Assembly: GCA_964407215.1 (NCBI GenBank)
Contig: CAYOUT010000003.1
Location: forward strand, 34,700 to 98,699
Reading direction: 5' to 3'
DNA length: 64,000 nucleotides
Source: an uncultured Anaerolineales bacterium
GTDB lineage: Bacteria > Chloroflexota > Anaerolineae > UBA1429
In this document: positions 9,819 to 18,732 of the stretch, in pieces
Position numbering within the stretch: position 1 is the stretch's first letter
Layout of the letters: every line of letters begins with the position of its first letter
Position numbers and translations under genes: made by a program
The notes under the pieces: model-generated
Told to the model about the DNA's origin: nothing
Database searches by the model: none
Seen by the model: only the letters and a program-made list of their open reading frames with translations

Positions 9819-11420
9819 ATGCCGAACCTATCGTGTTGGTTGTCGAGTTCGCTGCGCCGCTTCTACCCCACTTCGCCCGTCGAGAGCACCGATAGCCTCG
9901 AACTGCTCGCCGCGCGGAACGAACGCGCGTCTTTTCAAGCCTGTGTGCATAACCCAAGTTGGGATGTCGCTCAAGTACAGGTTTCTGTGAGCGACGTAGA
10001 GGGGTTGACCATCCTAGTGCGGCGTGTGGGCTATGTGCCCATGGCGCATCACAATACCGAAACGGAGCCAGACGAACTCGATGGTGTGGGCCGCGTCCCA
10101 GGCCTGGTGCCCGATCCGCTCTTTCCCGAGGATTGCGTCACCCTCGGTGCGATGGAGACTCACGCGTTTTGGGTTAACGTCACGATACCTGCCGACGCCG
10201 AGCCGGGGGCTCGGGAGTTCACGGTGCGGTTCGCCAGGAACGGCGAGACCTTGGCGGAGCTACCCGTTCGCCTGAAAGTGCATTCGATTGTGAACGAGGG
10301 ACATGACAATTTGCCGGTCACGCACTGGTTCTATGCCGACGCTCTGTGCGATTGGTACTGTGTCGAGCCGTTCGAAGAGGCTTTCTGGGACATCGTTCAG
10401 CCTTATATGCAAAACGTGGTGCAGCACGGGGTCAACAGCCTCTATGTTCCCATCTTTACGCCTCCCACCGATGGTGTCAAACGCGCTACGCAATTGCTGC
10501 GAGTGACCACCCCGGAGGTGGGACGTTACGCGTTCGATTTCAACGACGTGTTGCGCTGGGTGCGTCTGGCGAAAGCCAGCGGTGCGCGTTACTTTGAGTG
10601 GACGCACCTCTTCTCTCAGTGGGGCATCAAGTACGCCCTGCGAATCTATCGCAGCAACGCCGATCCGGATTCGCTTCTATGGCCACCCGATACCGCTGCC
10701 ACCTCTGACGTCTACCGTGGCTTTCTGGCGCAGTTCCTGCCGGCGTTTCACGAGTTTTTGGCGACGCACGACCTGCTGGATCGCTCCATCTTTCACCTGT
10801 CGGATGAACCACATGGCGACGAACATCTGGAGGCATACCGCCGCGCACGCGCCATGTTGCGCGAGTTAGCCCCCTGGATGCGTGTGGCCGACGCCATGAG
10901 CGACATCCGCTTCGGCCTCGAGGGGTTGACCGATATCCCCATCCCGAGTATCTCGACAGCTCACGAGTACGCCGAGGCAGGCATCCCCTCTTGGGTCTAC
11001 TTTTGTTGTGGCCCGCGGGGTCGCTATCTCAACCGCCTTATGGATACCCCGCTGCCTAAAATCCGCATGACGGGCTGGCTGCTATATCGCCTCAAGGCAC
11101 AGGGCTTCTTGCATTGGGGCTACAACTACTGGTACAAATCGCAGACGCAGCAACTCATCGACCCGTACACCGAGCAGGCAGGCTGCGCCTGGCCGAGCTG
11201 GGCCTACGGCGATACTTTCCTGGTATATCCTGGTGAGCGCGGCCCGGTGGATTCGATCCGCTGGGAGGCCTTTGGCGAGTCGCTGCAGGATTATGGCTTG
11301 CTGCAATCCGCCGGTGTTCAGCCGGAGAACGCTCTGCTCTCCTCTATCAAAGACTATGACGATTTCCCCAAGACGGAGGAGTGGATTGTGGCCGCTCGGA
11401 GAAAGATACTAACGGGATAA
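9819..11420 (+). CDS. DUF4091 domain protein (GH123-like putative glycoside hydrolase)
   Basis: FLHWGYNYW is a motif I recall as typical of DUF4091/GH123 proteins. An AGGAGA Shine-Dalgarno precedes the ATG at 9819, so the track start at 9768 is less likely. Confidence 0.5.
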   Translation: MPNLSCWLSSSLRRFYPTSPVESTDSLELLAARNERASFQACVHNPSWDVAQVQVSVSDVEGLTILVRRVGYVPMAHHNTETEPDELDGVGRVPGLVPDPLFPEDCVTLGAMETHAFWVNVTIPADAEPGAREFTVRFARNGETLAELPVRLKVHSIVNEGHDNLPVTHWFYADALCDWYCVEPFEEAFWDIVQPYMQNVVQHGVNSLYVPIFTPPTDGVKRATQLLRVTTPEVGRYAFDFNDVLRWVRLAKASGARYFEWTHLFSQWGIKYALRIYRSNADPDSLLWPPDTAATSDVYRGFLAQFLPAFHEFLATHDLLDRSIFHLSDEPHGDEHLEAYRRARAMLRELAPWMRVADAMSDIRFGLEGLTDIPIPSISTAHEYAEAGIPSWVYFCCGPRGRYLNRLMDTPLPKIRMTGWLLYRLKAQGFLHWGYNYWYKSQTQQLIDPYTEQAGCAWPSWAYGDTFLVYPGERGPVDSIRWEAFGESLQDYGLLQSAGVQPENALLSSIKDYDDFPKTEEWIVAARRKILTG

Positions 11421-11578
11421 CGCTGCCAGGATTCCCTTTTCAGTGTTTTGGCAGCCACTACGCTAACTCGCACACTGAGGTTCTTTCATATGGGCTCGAC
11501 AAGGAACCTCAGTCTGTCGTTCTGAGCCGAACGATCAATATATGATCTCTGTCATGGTAACACATACCCCTTCGCTAG

Positions 11579-12928
11579 GTGCCATCTGGGGGAGGTATGA
11601 TGAGAGGTCATCGTGCTGATAGTCTATTCGTTTTGACGGGGCTCTTGCTCGTAATGAGCTTGGTGCTGTCCTCCTGTACGCTGCCCTCAGTTACGCCATT
11701 GCGGACTGCCGTAACGTTGGCGCCAGAAGTATCGCCTGCTCCGTGTAAGGTGCCGACCAAGGCGTTGCGGCACGAGATCCCGTACCCTGTGGCGGTAGAG
11801 GCTGCACGGCAAGTACTCGCCACAGCTCTAGACGCCTCGCTGGAGGTAACAGTCCGCGACTATGCTCCGATCGAGTGGTCGGATTCCTGTCTCGGGCTGC
11901 CCCAAAGTGGCGAGATGTGCTTGCAAGTGAACACACCGGGCTACGGGGGGATGCTGGTCGCGGGAGACCGGCAATGGGAGTTCCGCACGGACGAGGCTGG
12001 TGAGACTATCCGCTTGATACCGGGCGCAGCGCTATCCGCGCGCCAAGTTTTGATGCAACAGCTACAGGTCACACTGAGCGAGATCGTGTTTGTGGAGATA
12101 GAGGAGGTCGAATGGCCCGATGCCTGCCTGGGCATTGTGATTGAGGATCGGGTATGCTCGGAAGCTCTGACTCCTGGCTATCGGGTGGTGCTGGGAGCGC
12201 TTGGCGAACAGTACGAGTTTCACACCGATTGGCTGGGCGGGGCGGTGCTATTGGCCGGTGCGCCGGCTCCGATCATCGACCATGTGGCTGTCGTTTGGGC
12301 CGATCTCGGCGATGAGCGCGAGATGGCCGTAATAGGCCGGGAGACGCTGGCCTTTGGCGCCCTAGGTGGCGCCATGATGACGGTACCTTTCGCGGAACCC
12401 GATCGGTTGCAGGAGCTGACGCTCTTTGTGGAGACCTATGCGTCGTTTGACGCACACACGCCAGCGGGGGAGATCTCCTTCTCAGGCGAGGGCTCCAAGC
12501 AGGCCACTGCCGCCGAACAACGTATGATCGCCGAGTGGGCACGACTCGTAGCACTCGAGGGTGCTGCAGGCCGTGGCGGTGCGAGCTGGGGGCTTGCCCT
12601 CGCCTGGCACTCGGAGGCGGCTACGGGTGACCCCTGTGCGAATCTCACTGTGTACCTGACGGGACAGGCATTTGCGACCTCTTGCGCCAACGATATCCCG
12701 CAGGAGCTGGGTCGTGGATGGCTCAGCGCAGATCAGTTGGAGCAAGTCTATGGCTGGGTCGATGCGCTTCGGGTATTCGAGCTAGAGCGCGCTACAGCCC
12801 TTGATGACGTGCCAGCAGTAACTCGCATCGTTTTCTCTGGCGCCGGCGACACCGAGCCGACGGAATCGCAGGCTCTGGCGATACATCACTTCGCCGGGGG
12901 GCTGTATCACAGCTTTCTGGAGCCCTAA
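11579..12928 (+). CDS. hypothetical secreted lipoprotein with a tandem Cys-containing repeat domain
   Basis: The signal peptide has a lipobox (LVLSSC). Two roughly 60-aa repeats share the pattern EW.D.CLG...C...TPGY...EF.TD. Confidence 0.5.
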   Translation: MPSGGGMMRGHRADSLFVLTGLLLVMSLVLSSCTLPSVTPLRTAVTLAPEVSPAPCKVPTKALRHEIPYPVAVEAARQVLATALDASLEVTVRDYAPIEWSDSCLGLPQSGEMCLQVNTPGYGGMLVAGDRQWEFRTDEAGETIRLIPGAALSARQVLMQQLQVTLSEIVFVEIEEVEWPDACLGIVIEDRVCSEALTPGYRVVLGALGEQYEFHTDWLGGAVLLAGAPAPIIDHVAVVWADLGDEREMAVIGRETLAFGALGGAMMTVPFAEPDRLQELTLFVETYASFDAHTPAGEISFSGEGSKQATAAEQRMIAEWARLVALEGAAGRGGASWGLALAWHSEAATGDPCANLTVYLTGQAFATSCANDIPQELGRGWLSADQLEQVYGWVDALRVFELERATALDDVPAVTRIVFSGAGDTEPTESQALAIHHFAGGLYHSFLEP

Positions 12929-13011
12929 ATCACTTGCATCTACATATGTAGAGGTCGGCAAAATGAGCCGGCCTCGTGGTGCTCGAGAGAATAGGGCCCG
13001 GGTTGCGGTCG

Positions 13012-14331
13012 TTAGGGCGTAGGGACTTTGGACGCATACCAGTCTGCTCGCGTGAGCGGTAGATAGCTCGCGCCTCTGCCCCCCGGCTTTACCAAAAGCG
13101 TCTGGTAGACGTTCAGCCGCCCCGTCGTAAAGCCGTGTGCCGACCCGGACATGAACAGCCGCCATACGCGGTATGTGGGCTCATCGACGTGTTGTAGCGA
13201 GCCTTCATGGTGGTGCTCCAGGCGGCGTACCCAGTGGCGCAACGTCAGAGCGTAATGTTCTCGCAGGCTCTCTACATCACGCACCTCAAAGCCGACCTCT
13301 TCGGCCGCCCGCAGCGTAGTGTTGATGGGCACCAACTCACCATCCGGGAATACATAGGTGTTGGAGAACGATGGCCCCGACGGATACCGGTGGGTGGCCT
13401 TGTGCGCGATGCCGTGATTTACAAAAGCGCCGCCGGGCCGCAACAGACGCCACGCCCGCGCAAAGTAGGAGGGGAGCAGAGCTGCACCTACGTGCTCAAA
13501 CATCCCCACGCTGACCAACGCATCGTACGGGCGCTGTCCGGAACCGTCGGGCACCTCTAGCTCGCGATAGTCGCGAACCTCCACCCGACACCGGTTCTGC
13601 AGCCCCGCCTCCTCGATGCGCATCTGAGCGAACTCGGCCTGGGGTGCGCTCAGCGTGATCCCCGTTGCATCCACGCCATAGTGCTGCGCCGCCCAGATAA
13701 CGAGGCCGCCCCAGCCACAGCCGATATCCAACAAGCGTTGTCCGGGCTCCAACCGCAACTTGCGACACAAGTAATCGAGTTTGCGTGCTTGGGCCGTGTC
13801 GAGATCCTCGCCGTCTCGCGTAAAGTAGGCGCACGAATAGACCATGCGCTGATCCAGAAACAAGCTGTAAAAAGCATTGGAGACATCATAGTGATAAGTG
13901 ACCGCCTGACGGTCACGATCGGCGGAATGTCGCCTACCCGTTAGCCGCGCTCGAGGGCGCCTGTTTCCGGTGTGCGAGACGGCTGGCAGGCGCAAGAGAT
14001 CGAGCCCCAGCTTGAGGCGTATTCGCCAGTTGGTTGCCATAGCCACGAGCGCCTCGGCCGCGCCGAACACGTGCTCGATATCTCCTTCGATGTCCACATC
14101 GTTGTAAAGATAAGCCTCCGCCAGCCCCAGCTCGCTCCCCGGCAAGAACATCGATCGCAAGCTGCCCCGATGGTTGAGCACTAACGTTACCGGGCGCGGC
14201 GCTTCGTCGGGCCAATAGGTGTCGTCCCACAACCGTACTCGCAGATTCCCTACATCGCCAAAGAGCATCATCAATAGGTCCCTCGTGATCTCTTTGGCCG
14301 AAACGTTCTTCGTGGTCGCCTTTGTAGACAT
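13012..14331 (-). CDS. cyclopropane-fatty-acyl-phospholipid synthase family SAM methyltransferase
   Basis: LDIGCGWGGL, YDALVSVGMFEHVG and LLRPGGAFVNHGI match the CFA-synthase signature. The start at 14331 (MSTKATTK) has an AAGGA Shine-Dalgarno and avoids a 225-nt overlap with the upstream gene. Confidence 0.75.
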   Translation of the reverse strand: MSTKATTKNVSAKEITRDLLMMLFGDVGNLRVRLWDDTYWPDEAPRPVTLVLNHRGSLRSMFLPGSELGLAEAYLYNDVDIEGDIEHVFGAAEALVAMATNWRIRLKLGLDLLRLPAVSHTGNRRPRARLTGRRHSADRDRQAVTYHYDVSNAFYSLFLDQRMVYSCAYFTRDGEDLDTAQARKLDYLCRKLRLEPGQRLLDIGCGWGGLVIWAAQHYGVDATGITLSAPQAEFAQMRIEEAGLQNRCRVEVRDYRELEVPDGSGQRPYDALVSVGMFEHVGAALLPSYFARAWRLLRPGGAFVNHGIAHKATHRYPSGPSFSNTYVFPDGELVPINTTLRAAEEVGFEVRDVESLREHYALTLRHWVRRLEHHHEGSLQHVDEPTYRVWRLFMSGSAHGFTTGRLNVYQTLLVKPGGRGASYLPLTRADWYASKVPTP

Positions 14332-14396
14332 GCTTTCATCCTTTGCCCCTGGAGCCAGATGCCACTGGCTCAGGGGCTGCATATCAGGCGTCCATC

Positions 14397-15560
14397 TTAG
14401 ACTTTTCCGTACTCCAGGTGAGACACCTGATGCGACTTGATATAGTCCCAATCCAGTAAGGCGCCGAGCCCTGGCCCCTCCGGTGCGTAAACGCAGCCCT
14501 TTTCGTCGATAGCGTCCAGCCCGTCGCGGAAATTCAAATAGTAGCTGGCAAAGGTGCCGGGGCTTTTTGGATGAACTAGCCCCATCTCGTAGTAGTTTGT
14601 GTTGCGGATTGAGGTCATGCAATGGCGCGTGGCAGGGCCCGGACCGTGAAACTCGATATCGATACCCAGTCCCTCGGCGGCGTGCGCCAACTTCATGACG
14701 CCGGTGATACCGTCATAGCCGATGTCACCTCGCAGAAAGTCAGTCGCATCAGCCAGCGCAAAATCCACGTGGGGTTCCAATGTGCGCACATGCTCCGTCT
14801 GTAGGAGGGGGGTTTTGATGAGTTGCCGCAATTTACGATGCCCAAATTGGGAGATGCCGCCATCCTTGTAAGGATCCTCGAGCCAGAAGAAGCGCTCGTC
14901 GTCGCAGGCCCAACCCACTTTGACGGCATCGCCAAAGGTGTCGAGTTCGCAGGCTGGATCCAGCAACAGGTCCATCTTGCCACCAACCCGTTTGCCCACA
15001 GCGTGTATGTTGGCGATCTCCAAGTCCACTAACGAGCCTCCCCAGCCGTGGATCTTGAAGGCGGGATATCCCATCTCAAGGCATTGCTCGGCGAAATCGG
15101 CATAGGCCTCTGGAGAATCAAGGCCGCCGTTGTGATCGCCATGGGTGGTGCTAGCGTAGCACTTTAGCGGCCGGACATGCCCCCCCAATAGCTCGTACAA
15201 GGGAGCGTGATAATACTTGCCGGCGAGGTCCCACAGTGCCACGTCCACCGCGGCCATGCCAACGCGAGCCATCTGGCGCAGAGCGCGCTTGACGTCTTGG
15301 TAGATGCGTTCGCGCTCCAGGGCGTTCTTGCCGATGAGATAGTCAGCGAACATGGGCAGCGTCGCCAGCGATGTCATGCCCGCCGTACACTCGCCCGTGA
15401 TGCCCTGGTCGGTGTGAATCTGTAGCACAGCGGTTCGGCCCGTGACGGTGCTGCCCGCTTCGTAGACCAGATTGAACCCGTTATAGTCCCGGCCCAGCTC
15501 GTGTAGGGTGTACTCGAACTCTGTGATCTCGATACCCCTGATGATCGGCTTGTCTCCCAT
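14397..15560 (-). CDS. enolase-superfamily enzyme (mandelate racemase/muconate lactonizing enzyme family; sugar-acid dehydratase-like)
   Basis: It has an MR_MLE N-terminal capping domain and a barrel bearing KIHGWGG and DDERFFWLEDP metal-ligand motifs. A perfect AGGAGG Shine-Dalgarno precedes the M16 start. Confidence 0.7.
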   Translation of the reverse strand: MGDKPIIRGIEITEFEYTLHELGRDYNGFNLVYEAGSTVTGRTAVLQIHTDQGITGECTAGMTSLATLPMFADYLIGKNALERERIYQDVKRALRQMARVGMAAVDVALWDLAGKYYHAPLYELLGGHVRPLKCYASTTHGDHNGGLDSPEAYADFAEQCLEMGYPAFKIHGWGGSLVDLEIANIHAVGKRVGGKMDLLLDPACELDTFGDAVKVGWACDDERFFWLEDPYKDGGISQFGHRKLRQLIKTPLLQTEHVRTLEPHVDFALADATDFLRGDIGYDGITGVMKLAHAAEGLGIDIEFHGPGPATRHCMTSIRNTNYYEMGLVHPKSPGTFASYYLNFRDGLDAIDEKGCVYAPEGPGLGALLDWDYIKSHQVSHLEYGKV

Positions 15561-15802
15561 TGCTGCGCCTCCTGTTTTCGTCGCGCGTACTGTGATGGTT
15601 ATCATTGTAAGACGTTAATGAACATTACATCCCGGCTTCGCCGGATGTCAAGCTGAGAGTCGCTCGTATGCTGCCATTAGCGGGAGATCGAGCACAATGG
15701 GTTGACAGGAACGCCTCGTACCGCCTATCCTCGGCTCCGATGAGAGCGGGGCAAGCCCCCCGACGCTCCTTGTATGTACGACGCAGAAGGGAGATGATCG
15801 TA

Positions 15803-17269
15803 ATGAGCCAGGACGGACCGATTCGCCTTCACCCAGAGAACCCGCGCTATTTTCTCTATCGCGGCCAACCCCGTGTGTTGATCACCGCTACAGAACACTA
15901 TGGAGCCGTGCTCAACCGCAATTTCGATTACCACGCCTACCTGGACGATGCCGCAGACAAGAAAATGACGCTGAGCCGCTGTTTTCTTTTGTTTCGTGAG
16001 CTGGAAGGGGGCAGGAATCCGCACTCGCCCTGCAAGCCCGTGCCGGCCGAGTACCTGGCACCGTTTGCACGGACGGGCCCAGGTTACGCCATGGATGGCT
16101 ACCCAAAGTTCGATCTGAGCCGCTGGGATACAGAGTTCATGGAGCGGCTTCACGGATTCCTTTCGGCGGCCGCTGAGCGCGACATAGTGGTTGAACTCAC
16201 ACTGTTCAGCAACACCTACTGGGATGGGGTTTGGGAACTGAATCCCTTCAACATCCACAACAACGTGAACGGCGTGGGCGACATCGCCTGGCAGGACTAT
16301 AACTCGATGCTGGACGCCGGTATGTTCGAGTATCAAAAGACCTACGTTCGCAAGATCGTGCAGGAGGTCAATAGCTACGACAATTGCTATTTAGAGATCT
16401 GCAACGAACCCTTTGGCGATCACCCCGGCCATGTGAGTGTGGCTGATGTGGAAGCCTGGCACACGGCGCTTCGGAACGTGATTCGTGAAGAGGAGGCGCG
16501 CCTTCCCAAACAACACTTGATTTTCCAGGTGCCCACGGAGCGTTCACGAGGCGGCGCCCATCTGGATGGGCTGGTGGACGAGCCGAGCATCGATGCTATC
16601 GACCTGCACGACTATCACCTGTTGTTTTACAAGGGGCTTGCTCTGCACCCCCTGAGCCGCTTTATGGAGGGTGACCTCAAGCTTGAGGGTGTCCACTATC
16701 TCTGGACGGCCTGTCACAGTGCGGGCAAGCCGTTAGTGTTTGACGAAGACAATGCCGCTACCTTTTTCCGCAACGATATGGGGTGGACTATCCAGCGCAA
16801 GCGCGCCTGGACCGTGGTCTGCAGTGGCGGTCACTATGATATGATCGACTTTTCCATTCAGTCGGGCGGGCAGGAGCAGGGCACGCCCGAATCGCGAGAA
16901 AAGCTTCGTTCTTGGATGCGCCATCTCTCCGCCTTTATTCACACAGTGGATTTCGTTCACACCGTACCAGTGCGTGGATTCTGCGTTCGCTTGCCGGAGC
17001 ACACTCTCGCTGCCACGCTGGTCAACCCAGGCCAGGAGTATGTGATCTACGTGGCCGATGTTCGGGAGGCTGATGAGCGGGGCTCTGGCGAGCCGTGCGA
17101 GGGTCCATTGGCATTTACCCTGCCTCGCCAAAAGTATGAGGTCAAGCTGTACGACCCTGTGTCGGGAGGTTATTCGGCCCAAACCTGGCAGCTCGATGGA
17201 GGCGACGTCACGTTGCAATTGCCCCCCTTTGTCCACGATGTCGTCGTCCATATCACGGCGGTGAATTGA
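15803..17269 (+). CDS. putative clan GH-A (beta/alpha)8 glycoside hydrolase (GH5-like)
   Basis: EICNEP is the catalytic acid/base NEP motif typical of clan GH-A. The protein has no signal peptide. The start at MSQDGP has a GGGAG Shine-Dalgarno. Confidence 0.5.
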   Translation: MSQDGPIRLHPENPRYFLYRGQPRVLITATEHYGAVLNRNFDYHAYLDDAADKKMTLSRCFLLFRELEGGRNPHSPCKPVPAEYLAPFARTGPGYAMDGYPKFDLSRWDTEFMERLHGFLSAAAERDIVVELTLFSNTYWDGVWELNPFNIHNNVNGVGDIAWQDYNSMLDAGMFEYQKTYVRKIVQEVNSYDNCYLEICNEPFGDHPGHVSVADVEAWHTALRNVIREEEARLPKQHLIFQVPTERSRGGAHLDGLVDEPSIDAIDLHDYHLLFYKGLALHPLSRFMEGDLKLEGVHYLWTACHSAGKPLVFDEDNAATFFRNDMGWTIQRKRAWTVVCSGGHYDMIDFSIQSGGQEQGTPESREKLRSWMRHLSAFIHTVDFVHTVPVRGFCVRLPEHTLAATLVNPGQEYVIYVADVREADERGSGEPCEGPLAFTLPRQKYEVKLYDPVSGGYSAQTWQLDGGDVTLQLPPFVHDVVVHITAVN

Positions 17270-17312
17270 ACCCTACGTGATCGGCTTGTTGGTTGGGAGC
17301 AGGATAGTGTCA

Positions 17313-18374
17313 ATGAATACCTATGAACGCATGAAAGCGATGTACGAGCACCGCGAGGCCGATCGGGTGCCCATTGTGGAGACCCCCTGGAGCTCGACTC
17401 TCGAGCGCTGGGAACAGGAAGGTCTCCCCTCCGGTGTGGACTGGGAGGAGTATCTGGGGCTGGATAGACTGGTGACTATACACGCAGATAACAGTCCGCG
17501 TTATCCAGTGCGCGTCTTGGAGCAGACCGACGACTATACGGTGACGACTTCTAGCTTTGGGGTTACCATGCGCAACTGGCGTCACGCTGGAGGGGTGCCC
17601 GAGTTTCTCGATTTCAAAGTAGTGGATCCCGATGCTTGGGCCAAGGCCAAGGAGCGTATGCAGCCCAGCCGCGACCGTGTGGATTGGGGGACGCTGCAAC
17701 GGAACTACAAGCTGTGGCGTGAGCAGGGAGTATGGATTAGCGCGGGGTTCTGGTTCGGCTTTGATGTCACCCACTCTTGGATGGTGGGCACAGAGCGCCT
17801 GTTGCTGGCGTTCGTAGAACGCCCCGAGTGGGTGGCTGACATGATCAACCATATGCTCGAACTGGATATCGCGCTGTTCGATATGGTGTGGGAGGCCGGC
17901 TATCACTTTGACGAGATCCGCTGGCCTGACGATCTGGGGTACAAGAACAACCAGTTTATTTCGCCGAGAATGTACCGCAACCTGATCAAACCGGCTCACA
18001 AGCGCGCCGCTGAGTGGGCCCGCGCCAAAGGCGTCCACGTGGCACTGCATTCCTGCGGCGATGTGAACCCCTTTATTCCCGACTTTGTTGAGGCGGGCAT
18101 CGAGATGCTCAACCCTCTGGAGGTCAAGGCTGGCATGGATCCGCTGGCGCTCAAAGCGCGATACGGAGAGGGGCTGGCCTTGCACGGGGGGCTGAATGCG
18201 GTGCTCTATGAGCGCCCCGAGGAGCTCTGGGACGAAATGAGACGAGTGATCCCAGACATGAAGGCGCGAGGGGGCTATGTCATCAGTTCGGACCACTCAG
18301 TGCCCGATAGCGTCAGCCTGGACGAGTTCCGGCACTTTGTTCGGCTGGCCAAGGCGCTCGGAAGCTACGAGTAA
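17313..18374 (+). CDS. uroporphyrinogen decarboxylase (URO-D)-family protein, paralog 1
   Basis: The URO-D/MtaA fold is suggested by the length and by the conserved C-terminal SSDHSVP-type region. The start is at MNTYERMK. Confidence 0.6.
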   Translation: MNTYERMKAMYEHREADRVPIVETPWSSTLERWEQEGLPSGVDWEEYLGLDRLVTIHADNSPRYPVRVLEQTDDYTVTTSSFGVTMRNWRHAGGVPEFLDFKVVDPDAWAKAKERMQPSRDRVDWGTLQRNYKLWREQGVWISAGFWFGFDVTHSWMVGTERLLLAFVERPEWVADMINHMLELDIALFDMVWEAGYHFDEIRWPDDLGYKNNQFISPRMYRNLIKPAHKRAAEWARAKGVHVALHSCGDVNPFIPDFVEAGIEMLNPLEVKAGMDPLALKARYGEGLALHGGLNAVLYERPEELWDEMRRVIPDMKARGGYVISSDHSVPDSVSLDEFRHFVRLAKALGSYE

Positions 18375-18661
18375 GGTTTCTGTGGGGCGGCGCAGGTCTT
18401 GGCGCAGCCGTTAAAGTGAGATCAATCAGCACCGAAGGCCATGCGGAGGAGAAAAGCGTAGCGATTGAGGATAAGAGTACGCTGGATGCGCGTGGTGAAC
18501 CAAGCCGTGGGCGGGCATCAGCACGCTCTGGCCTCTCGCCACCAGTCTTTGTAACGGGATACCGCACCAGTGGCCTAACGATATCAGACGCTGCCCACGG
18601 CGCTCTTTCCCCCATCGCCCGGTCGTGATGCGCTTGAGGTTGTGTGAACCCTCGCACCTGA

Positions 18662-18687
18662 GAGGCCCTGGCTCAAGCCAGGGCCTC
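18662..18687. terminator. perfect 11-bp hairpin (GAGGCCCTGGC-tcaa-GCCAGGGCCTC) between convergent genes
   Basis: The hairpin is seen directly in the sequence. It lies 44 nt downstream of the minus-strand stop at 18733. The U-tract is weak on both strands. Confidence 0.35.
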
Positions 18688-18732
18688 GAGCTTTCCACGG
18701 CATAAAGTGCGTAAGATGCTCCCTGGGTTCGC

